From contig MU062019.1 of assembly GCA_013265495.1 (NCBI GenBank), positions 372,001-436,000 on the forward strand: DNA of 64,000 nucleotides, given 5' to 3'. Of the stretch, positions 1 through 9,436 are shown piece by piece (positions within the stretch are counted from its first letter, which is position 1; the number at the start of each line of letters is the position of its first letter). The notes beneath the pieces were generated by a model that ran no database searches, was not told the DNA's origin, and worked only from the letters and a program-made list of their open reading frames with translations. The translations under genes were made by a program, and so were the position numbers. The DNA comes from Vicugna vicugna (Eukaryota).

Positions 1-279
1 GGGCAGAGGTGCGGGGGCCAGGGGCCAGGTTTGCTGCTGCGTGGGTTCAGGCTGGGACTTACTCGGTCGGGCTCCCTGGCTCTGGTGGGTCCTGCGTCAG
101 AGACCACCGACCGGCTCAGTCCCCTGCAGCTGCCCCACTGGAAACAGGCTGGGTGGTAGCCCTGGAGAGGAGCCAGGTTGAGTGGGGACTGCTGTCCCTC
201 CAGCCAGGGCCCCCTCACCGCCTCCAGCTGCAGCTTGTCGCCTGGGCTGTGAAGTTCAGAGATAGTTCTGATTAACCAG

Positions 280-335
280 GTGACATTGAGAAACCACTCT
301 GAGCCTCACTTTCTCATCTGAGACTTGGGGTCACA
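280..335 (+). mobile_element. MIR SINE core fragment
   Basis: ctctgagcctcactttctcatctg resembles the MIR core as I recall it. Confidence 0.5.
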
Positions 336-1818
336 CTTCCATGTACGCCTGAGTTGGAGTCAGCTGATGCCGTGAGGAGCCGACACGTCACGGCCAGGGC
401 AGCTGCTCAGATGCCCCCGTCACCAGGCACTAGCGTGACGCCCGCTGGATGTGCTTCAGACCAAATTCTTGCTGACGCTGTAGGTAAAAGTGTACTGGTA
501 CCAACTCCAAACGGTAAGGCTGGGGCGGGGGAAAGGCCTTCCTCAGATGCCAGCAGGGTGTCCGTCCAAGAACCCAGCTCAATTCGGACACCATCTGCCC
601 AGAGACAGCATCAGATTAAGGACTCAGCCCCACCAGACTGTCCCCTCCCCACCCACTGCACCTCAGACACCAGTCGCAAGTCCAGGTTGGTGCCTTTGTT
701 CATAAGGAATTCCAGTCTGATTGGGAAAATGAAGCGTAGATGACTCTGTGTGTGGGGTGTGTGTGTGTAATATGTGTATATATACACATGCGTGTGTGTG
801 GGTGTGCCTAGTGTGCACACACACTAAGTATATACACGTGTGTGACACGCATGTAAGTATCCTTAGTGTGTGGCCCCCAGACCACGCTGAAGAGGCAAAG
901 ACCACATGCCTGCGCCGAACCCTGGCTCTGAGCCCTGGGGCTGCTCTCTCGTCTGTGTCTCCTTGTCTGCAAATTGAGGAAACCAGGGTTTTCTGAGGAT
1001 TGAGTGAGGTGATATTTGTAAGGCAGAATATGTTTGCTAAGTCACTGTGGACGTAAGGAGCTTCTTGGCTGTTTCTCGTTTGGCCCTCATTTACTGCTTC
1101 TCCCTGGTTGCGAGGTAACCAACACTTCCCGGTGTGAGATTTTTCCCTCACAAAGTCAAGTCTTGACTTGGCTTCGCTGTCATGGCTCTTTTCCTGTGTT
1201 AGTTCTCTTTTATGGTGAGTTTCTGAGTTGCTTCTCTGATAAACGTGGAACTCACTCCAAAGTGCCAAGCGACTGAGTGCTTGTTCTCGCAGCGTCCGTG
1301 GTGGCGACGTTCGGCTGTTCCTTGCGTATCCTGAGCTCCCAAAGCGGGCTGACGCTCTAGTGCCAGTGTCTGGCGTTTACAGTCCCGTCTTAGCCTTTCT
1401 GTGCACGTGTAACGATGTGTGTCTGTGCCTGTTTCTGTATCTCTGTTCAGCTACCCCACGGCCTCAAGAAATCTTCTTAGGTTTCCAGCCCTAAAGCCCA
1501 CGTTTGCAGAATACAGCTCTCATTAGCTTATTGGCTTTGATGCCCGGACCATTCCTTCTCAAATGGTCACTGCAAGGGACGTCGAGTGTTCTGGTGAAAC
1601 AGATGCAGTAGTGGTTGTGCTTTAAATTTTCTGTGTAATTCGTCTGTTTCTTGGAGATCACGTACATGGTTTTTAACAGTCCTCAGCCACTGGATTTCTT
1701 TCTTTTAGGTGCAAACATGAACGTTCTGTCATTTATGTGCCCCTCAAACCTCTCCTTGAAAACTTTGTTTTTCTTTAAGGAACGTCAAAGATGTTTTACT
1801 CCTCTGCTCCGTTTCCAG

Positions 1819-1963
1819 GCCCCTGACATTCATGGGGTCGCAGACGAAGAAGGTCCTGCTGGCTCCCCTGAAGCATCCCGCTCGCCCCTTCCGGGTGTCC
1901 AGCCACGACCGCAGCAGCCGGCGCGGGCTGATGGCAGGCAGCCTGGGCGAGCTCCTCAGCAAG
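1819..1963 (+). CDS. CIDEA: CIDEA coding exon 2 (start of CIDE-N domain)
   Basis: ttccag|G CCC CTG ACA TTC ATG ... CTC AGC AAG|gtagcg; 145 nt. Confidence 0.95.
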
Positions 1964-2915
1964 GTAGCGCCCGCGGCGCGGCCCGCGGCTCCCTGGGCCC
2001 CGGGGACAAGCCGGTGCAGGAAGTGTCTGTCTTGGTTTCAGAAGGTTGGAGGGAGCCTTCTTCTTTGCTTTTAAGTATTTGGGTTGAAATATTTATTTTT
2101 GAAAGATGGGGTATCAATATCAAAACCCCAAACCGCAAAAATTTAGGAAAATCTGTGAGAAAATTAAACATATATCGTAACGTCATTTTAAAATTTTCAT
2201 TCGGTCAAAAAGTGATTGAATACCTAGCACACAGAGAGTGCTTATTTTGTAACGTGTACATACAGCATTTATAGTTGTAATTATTATTGAAAAATAGACA
2301 AACGGGTTGGAGGTGCTTCTAAGGGGCTAAAGGGAAGGTGTAAAGAATCAAAGTGAACAGTGCTGTGTCCCTGTGTCGTACAAGATTCACGTATTGAGAC
2401 CAAAACCTAACGTAGCTTCATTTCCTTGATGAGGGAGAGTGCTAGGGGCGGCAGACTTCAGAAATCTGGTTTTGGTTATAAAGATGAGGAAAGAAGAGTC
2501 CTTCGTCTGAAAGTGTCCTTGGGCACCAAGCAGGGACGAACCATCGGCTCCCACAGAGACCAGAAGTGAGTGCCCGGCACGCAGTCTCTGAACAGAGACC
2601 TTTAAGCACGCCGCCCGACACGTGGGCTCTTTAAGTCCCACGTGTACAGGGGCGTTTTCTGTTTGTCCAGATAAGCAGGTAATTTTCAAACCTGTGACTG
2701 TTATCCCGTGTCATCACTTAGCCTCTGAGGAACACAGGTCTGTGACAGTTTTCAGCTTCTTTTTCCAAGCAGAGACTGAGTCCCAGGACATTGTGCCATT
2801 AAAATGTTCTCAGAATCAGCCAACACTTCTGAAACCATCACTTAGTCAGTCAGGCCTCTTGACTGGTCCCAGTGGAGTCTCCCTTCACTCTGTGACTCCG
2901 CCTGGTCCAACCTAG

Positions 2916-3062
2916 ACCCTGGACGCCCTGATGATCACCAGCAGACTGGTCACTCTGGTGCTGGAGGAAGACGGCACAGTGGTGGACACAGAGGAGTTCT
3001 TCCAGACGCTGGGGGACAACACGCACTTCATGGCCTTGGAGAAAGGACAGAAGTGGACGCCG
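2916..3062 (+). CDS. CIDEA: CIDEA coding exon 3 (CIDE-N domain)
   Basis: cctag|ACC CTG GAC ... ACG CCG|gtaagt; 147 nt; TLDALMITSRLVTLVLEEDGTVVDTEEFFQTLGDNTHFMALEKGQKWTP. Confidence 0.96.
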
Positions 3063-3396
3063 GTAAGTGCTGTCACCCGACAGCTCCTGGGCAGGCTTCT
3101 CACCTGCAGACGTGCGGTCCCCACCTCGGTGTCAACCGGCCAGCTTTCTAAACTTTTCCTTTGTGTTCACTTCATAACTAGACCCACTGTCCTCAAAGGG
3201 AGTCTTTTAAGCTTTTCTAGGAAACCTAGCATCTTTGTGAACTTGGGCTATATGATTTAAGGCCAGTAATTCTGAGGGACAGGCTTTGGCCAGTGAGTAA
3301 CTACAGATCCTTAGAACATGCGGTCATGACCTGGTGACCACTCACTGTGACCCCGAGAGGCGGCAAGCTAACATAGCTGGTGAAATTAGCAGGGGA

Positions 3397-3397
<1 letters not shown>

Positions 3398-3429
<32 letters not shown>
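3398..3429. repeat. (TG)16 microsatellite, duplication unit 1
   Basis: Read directly. Confidence 0.95.
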
Positions 3430-3434
<5 letters not shown>

Positions 3435-3556
3435 TTTAGAAAAGCAAGAGATAGAATAAAGGGTTTTACTTCTGACAAAACGATAGATTATGTATCTTGG
3501 GAAACACTCCCACCATAACACACCTAAAAATGTAAGCAAAACATTAAAACATCTTG

Positions 3557-3642
3557 TTTTTTTTTTAATGGAGAGACTGGGGATTGAACCCAGGACCTCA
3601 TACATGCTAAGCATGTGCTCTACCCCTGAGCTATTACCCTCC
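3557..3642 (-). mobile_element. tRNA-derived SINE (camelid-type)
   Basis: Minus strand reads GGAGGGTAATAGCTCAGGGGTAGAGCACATGCTTAGCATGTATGAGGTCCTGGGTTCAATCCCCAG, followed by an A-tail; Pol III A and B boxes present. Confidence 0.85.
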
Positions 3643-4208
3643 TCCCCTAAAACATGTTTTTATATGCCTCACTGGCCTTCAAAACCAGGAGATCCTCAGC
3701 GGCCAAGGTTTTTAAGGGAACCAGAATCCAGAGAGGAAAGCGAACGCTGAGGCGGGGGCTCCCCCGGCCCAGGGCCACAGGGCTCCAGCTCTGCCCTCAC
3801 AGACTCTCGTGGAGGAAGTGTCAGTGGAGGTTCCACACTTCATGGCCTTGGAGAAAGGACAGAAGTGGACGCCGGTAAGTGCTGTCACCCGACAGCTCCT
3901 GGGCAGGCTTCTCACCTGCAGACGTGCGGTCCCCTCCTCGGTGTCAACCGGCCAGCTTTCTAAACTTTTCCTTTGTGTTCACTTCATAACTAGACCCACT
4001 GTCCTCAAAGGGAGTCTTTTAAGCTTTTCTAGGAAACCTAGCATCTTTGTGAACTTGGGCTATATGATTTAAGGCCAGTAATTCTGAGGGACAGGCTTTG
4101 GCCAGTGAGTAACTACAGATCCTTAGAACATGCGGTCATGACCCGGTGACCACTCACTGTGACCCCGAGAGGCGGCAAGCTAACATAGCTGGTGAAATTA
4201 GCAGGGGA

Positions 4209-4209
<1 letters not shown>

Positions 4210-4243
<34 letters not shown>
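4210..4243. repeat. (TG)17 microsatellite followed by AATG, duplication unit 2
   Basis: Read directly. Confidence 0.95.
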
Positions 4244-4248
<5 letters not shown>

Positions 4249-4374
4249 AGTATTTAGAAAAGCAAGAGATAGAATAAAGGGTTTTACTTCTGACAAAACG
4301 ATAGATTATGTATCTTGGGAAACACTCCCACCATAACACACCTAAAAATGTAAGCAAAACATTAAAACATCTTG

Positions 4375-4460
4375 TTTTTTTTTTAATGGAGAGACTGGGG
4401 ATTGAACCCAGGACCTCATACATGCTAAGCATGTGCTCTACCCCTGAGCTATTACCCTCC
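4375..4460 (-). mobile_element. Same SINE, copied within the tandem duplication
   Basis: Matches 3557-3642. Confidence 0.85.
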
Positions 4461-4724
4461 TCCCCTAAAACATGTTTTTATATGCCTCACTGGCCTTCAA
4501 AACCAGGAGATCCTCAGCGGCCAAGGTTTTTAAGGGAACCAGAATCCAGAGAGGAAAGCGAACGCTGAGGCGGGGGCTCCCCTGGCCCAGGGCCACAGGG
4601 CTCCAGCTCTGCCCTCACAGACTCTCGTGGAGGAAGTGTCAGTGGAGGTTCCCTCGCTGGGTTCCCGGCACCCAGCCGGCCCTGCCCTCCAGCCGCAGGG
4701 ACCATGGCCTCCCCCCAGAACCTG

Positions 4725-5070
4725 GGGACGCGCTACTTTACATGGCAAAGGGGACTCGGCAGATGTGATTACAGGAGGGATCTCGACATGGGGTGATGGT
4801 CCTGGATTATCCGTGGGCCAGTGTCACCACAGCGTCCTGTAAGAGGGACATGGGAGGGTCAGCGTGGGGGCAGGAGGCGGATGAGGAGGAGTGATGAGGG
4901 GATGGGCCACAGGCCACGGCATGCAGGAGCAGGGCCGGCAGCCCCAGCAGGACAGCCCGTGGTGTCTCAGGGTGCCTGACCTGCAGAACCGAGCCGTCTG
5001 AGCATAAATCTGCGCTGTCTTTAAGGCACTCAGCTGGTGGCCACGTGTCTCAGCAGACCCAGGAAACTGG
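4725..5070 (+). mobile_element. MLT1-type (ERVL-MaLR) solo LTR remnant
   Basis: ttacatggcaaaggggactcggcagatgtgatta...cctggattatcc...gcataaatctgcgctgtctttaaggcact resembles the MLT1 consensus as I recall it. Confidence 0.6.
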
Positions 5071-6579
5071 TGGGGCTGGTATTCTGTTTGCTTTGTGAAT
5101 GAGACGCTCGTTTACTCCCTGGGGGAGACAGTTCCCGCATAACAGGTTGAAGCCCTCGCGTGGCAGGTGCGGGGCTGGGGCACAGGGTGACGGCAGGATG
5201 CTGGGGACGAGATGTGAGGGTCCCGGGGGCGTGAGGCCCCTCGGTCTGGGACAGCCTGGCTGACGTGAGTCTCACCCGGGGTCGGTCCTTCAGGGTGGGG
5301 ACGGGCTCCTCGCAGGGAGGGAAGGTGCTGCCCCCCGGGAGGGGTTCCTCTCAGCGAGGCCACTGTGGTTTGACCTGGACGAGGACTTCTGAGAAGCAGC
5401 CACCAGGGGGCTCCCTGCTTCCACGCAAACGCCTTAGAGAACAGATCCCTGGGGGGCAGGGGTGGGGTTTGGTGGGGATGATGGAAGCCACACCCCATTA
5501 GGTCTCCACCTTGGGGAGGTCATCTTGACGTTGACATAAGACCAAGACTTGAGGGGGAGGCTGGGGGAGCGACGTGAAAACTCAGCATCAGAGAGCTGGG
5601 CGGGATCCCAGATGGAGCCCCCGCACCCCAACTCTGTCGTCTTAACTTTTAACATTTTCTGAAGGATGGGCAGCCCCCTCCCCATCGCACATGGGAGTTG
5701 ATGGGCTGAAACCAGGGTCTCTGGTTGTGTGTCCACGGAGGGGGGTATCTGGCAGGGAGGGTTTGGGTGCTTTGAGGGGGATGTGCGGTTTAACTTCAAA
5801 TTTAGTAGATTTTTGCCAGTGAATTTAACGTTCAGCTACTCCCGACTCCTAAGGTTCACGATAGCTGTGCCTCTGTGTGAATCCTGGACCCTGCAGGCCT
5901 GCGTGCGCGGCAAACCCCACGGACGTGTGCCCAGCACATGTGTCCTGGGACAGCTTTCTCTGCCCTGTTTCTTCAGGGCTTTTGTGGGGAAGATTGTTTA
6001 TAAACCCAGGATTTACAGGGGTCTCTGCCCTCTCCCGATGTCTCGGGTAGACGGAGAGTGGGTCCCACAAGTGTCCCCAGGAAGTTGGCGTCCCTCCAGG
6101 GCAGGTCCTCCAGCGGAGGATGCAGGGCAGCTCCCACACTGGCCTTCGCTCCCGCCGAGGGGTCTGACCCGCCCGCCGGCAGAGTCCCTGTGCCGCGGGA
6201 CAGCGCTGACCACCGGTCTCCAGGCGGACGGTGTCACAGCTGCGGGCCCGTCCACGTCCGCCAGATGGCCCTGGGTGACCCTGGTGAGTGCGTCTCCACC
6301 ACAGGTCACTGGCACAACCGTCCACCGATCCCTGGACCCTGAAACCCAGGCCCAAGGCCAGGTCTCCTGCATCTCCTGCATGAGACAAGGCAGCTTAGGG
6401 GGTTGGCCCCAAGGCAGTCTGAGCACACTGGTCTGTGACATTCCTCAGATAATTAGCGGCTTAGTCATGAACTGATTTTAAGCTGACAGGAGAGTGGAGA
6501 CCAGCCTAAACCCAGAATCACAGGGTTCGCAGGTCACAGCTGGGTTGGTGCCTAAGCCTCCCTCCCTCCACGGCCCTAG

Positions 6580-6761
6580 GGTGGGAACTGTGTCCCAGCC
6601 CGCCAGCCGCCGAGGAGATCGGGGATAGTGAGGGTCACCTTGGACTTGTACAAGCTGAACCCCAGGGACGTCATCGGCTGCCTCAACGTGAAAGCCACCA
6701 TGTACGGGATGTACTCCGTGTCCTACGACATCCGGTGCATGGGGCTCAAGGCCCTGCTGAG
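6580..6761 (+). CDS. CIDEA: CIDEA coding exon 4
   Basis: ccctag|GGT GGG AAC ... CTG CTG AG|gtaacg; 182 nt; SGIVRVTLDLYKLNPRDVIGCLNVKATMYGMYSVSYDIRC. Not reported by the ORF track. Confidence 0.95.
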
Positions 6762-7454
6762 GTAACGGTCGTCGGGTCCTGGGGGGCCGGGAAGTGGGAG
6801 GCGGCTCCCCTGCACCCAGAGCCCGGCCCTCACGTTGTCCTAAAAGTTCTTATGCCACAGACTTATTCGGAAGACAGTCTTGAGTTCACAATTTGTTTTC
6901 CCCCAAGACCATAAAATACTAAATAGAAAGAAAAACTAGTAAGTAGAGAGTGAGGACCCGAGTTCGAGCCACGGTTTCCGTCTGGAACAGCAGAGGCCGC
7001 ATCAGCCCTGGGACTGAGACGCCACAACGGGGTCAAGCCGGGGTGTCGCACCCGCGCTCAGAGCCCCGGGTCGTGGGGTCACGACCGCAGGACTGCTAGG
7101 ACTCCTTCAGCCTGGGGCCCCTTTCAGGCTGGACTTGACCGATTTCGGCACCGAACCCCACATATCGACAAGGCTGCCAGAGTGAGCAGACAGACCCCCG
7201 GGCGTTCCAGTGACTCAGGGACAAACCTCGACTGGAGGAGGCCAGCGGAGGGTGGTCCCAGGCCCGGGGCAGCGGGAGCAGCTGGCAACAGAGTCCAGGC
7301 CCCACTCAACCCCGGGAACCAGCGCAGCACCTCAGCGAGCCCCCGGGGCCGCGGGTCCTGGGAGCCCAGCTTCCCGAACTCGGAAGTATGGGGACGTGGG
7401 CATGTGCTGGAGGTGGCGTGAGGACCCCCGACGACCCTCGCCCCTCTCTTGCAG

Positions 7455-7602
7455 GAGCCTGCTGCGGGTCCTGTCTCACGCCGCCCAGGTGACCGGCCAG
7501 TTTCTTGTCTATGCGGGCACATACATGCTCCAGGTGCTGGCCGACACGGAAGAGCAGGTGGTGGCTGGCTCGCGCTGTAGGCAGGGGGTCACGAGCGGAT
7601 AG
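7455..7602 (+). CDS. CIDEA: CIDEA last coding exon
   Basis: ttgcag|G AGC CTG CTG CGG ... GGA TAG; SLLRVLSHAAQVTGQFLVYAGTYMLQVL. Confidence 0.94.
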
Positions 7603-7802
7603 GGCAGCCCAGCCAGGGGCTTGGCCAGCCCTTACCCAACCCATCCGTCTCCAGTGACGAACCCAGAAGACACCGTGTTCACACCACTGCACATGTGGGC
7701 TGCGGGCACTGCTGCTCGGGAAGCAAAGGGCCTTGGCCGCACCTGGATGCGGGGAGGGGCAGGCGGGGGCGGGGCACGGCCTTGCGGCTGCTGGCCTCCA
7801 GC

Positions 7803-7808
7803 AATAAA
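7803..7808 (+). terminator. Likely CIDEA polyadenylation signal
   Basis: First AATAAA about 200 nt after the stop codon. Confidence 0.7.
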
Positions 7809-9361
7809 CCAGTGGCAAGAGTTACCTGATCCAGAATGCCTGGCGGGCGGGAGTCCCGTACCGTGGGGCGGGACCCCAGGCTGCGAATGATGCCGGGAGG
7901 GCGCGGGGCTGTGGGCAGGCGCCGTGGGACTGGGACCCATCTCTCGGTCCTGCTCCCCTCTGAGAGGCACTGTCTTCGGGGAGGCCTCCTCCCCAAGAAG
8001 CAGATGTCAGCCCAGCCCCAGCGGGAAGTCCCGGGGCTGCGGATGCCCCATGGTGCCCACACAAAGTAACGGTGGCCACAAGACGGGCAGGGAGAGTAAG
8101 CACCAACCATGCGGCCTGGGTGGAGGCAGCTCCCCACAAGGAAATGGGGATGCTGACGCTAGACTAGGGGCACAATGTGTGCTTTTCCTACAAAGAGACA
8201 CTGCCCAGGAGGCCTGCCGCTTCCCGCTGCATCCGGGCCAACAGCGCAGGACACGGGAAGACCCCTCAGGTGGTCCCAGAAGCCCAGAGCGCCTGCGTGG
8301 TTCCTGCCTCTGCAGTCATTAGTCCCCGGGCCCTGCTCATCCTATCCTGCCCATGACCGACCACAGCCCGGGGCCCCTTCTGGCCTGACCCCCACTCTGC
8401 CCTTCAACGGGGAGCTGCGGGGCGGGAGCCGAGGCCACAGGCAGGAGGGCAAAAGCAGAGGGTTTGCAGCCACAGCCCCCAGAACACAGCCTCTCCTGCA
8501 AACACAGCAAAACAGGCATCGGAGAATGCCCCCTCGCCCGCCTCTCTGCTCTGCGGGAGGTTCACAGAGCCGGTGACGGCAGCCCCGCAGGGGCCTCCTG
8601 TGTAAACGTTTCCCATACAAGGAGCTGCTCCCTGGCGGGCCAGGGAGGGGGCGGAGGGAGAGCCCGGCTGCCCGCGGCAGGCGAGGCGGCTTCCCGGCAC
8701 CTTTCTCTCGCTGACCGTGGGCTGCGTCACTTCCCAGGGACTCGGGAGTCCTGGAAAGTGACTGCCTGGCTTCCAAAAAAGGCATTTTCACCGAAGTGCT
8801 GGAGCCCGTGGACTCAGCTGCAGCCCTGACTCAGCGCGTTGTCTGCCTACCAGACCCTGCTCACCAGGAGCTGGTCCCCAGAGGGTCCGCTCGGTGCCTG
8901 CGCCCCTTTCCAGGCCCCAGGGTCTCTCTGTGTTGCCCTCGGTGGGCTATTTACTGATCTCTAGAATCAGTTCTGAAAAAAGGGGGCCGTCCCTGTAGCT
9001 CGGTGTCTGTGCCCCCACGTCTGTGGGCACCCCCATGCTTCTTACCCCAGCAGAGGTGCACACAAGGTGGCCCCACACCCCTTGTCCACTGTGGACTCAG
9101 GGGACAGGCCTGGCGCAAACTAGGGGCCTTGGGTTGAAATATGTTCACAGCTATTACCTCCCGGCCAAAGACACAGACTCAGACTGTTAAAACCACCCGG
9201 CTGGGGACAGCCTCCTGTCCTTCAGCTGTGAAATGGGGACTGAAACGGGCTGGCCCAGGAATTCAGAATTCCAGTCCCAGACGTCTGCTGCCCGGCTGCC
9301 CCAGGCCCATGTCAAGGGCATCTCTGAAGGCTTTGCTGGATAAGGATCCTCAAAGGAGAGA

Positions 9362-9436
9362 GTTCTCTCTCTGTCTCTGTCTGTCTGTCTCTCCCTCTCT
9401 CTTTCAGTCTCTGTCTCTAAGTCTCTGTCTCTCTCT
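9362..9436. repeat. CT/TC-rich degenerate microsatellite
   Basis: tctctctctgtctctgtctgtctgtctctccctctctctttc... Confidence 0.75.

Larger units (their letters stand above)
3024..4652 (+). repeat. Head-to-tail tandem duplication, two units of ~812-818 bp (~3024-3835 and ~3836-4652)
   Basis: Both units begin CACTTCATGGCCTTGGAG and end GTGGAGGTTCC. The ORF track shows twin ORFs offset by 812-818 nt. I find only 3 substitutions and one microsatellite length difference. Confidence 0.95.
1819..7602 (+). other. CIDEA: CIDEA gene span, 5'-partial. CDS join(1819..1963,2916..3062,6580..6761,7455..7602); exon 1 is outside the window
   Basis: The joined exons translate to RPLTFMGSQTKKVLLAPLKHPARPFRVSSHDRSSRRGLMAGSLGELLSK-TLDAL...EEDGTVVDTEEFFQTL...DLYKLNPRDVIGCLNVKATMYGMYSVSYDIRC (CIDE-N and CIDE-C domains). 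Splice sites are GT-AG and phases are consistent. It lies next to TUBB6 and AFG3L2, as in other mammals. Confidence 0.96.
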
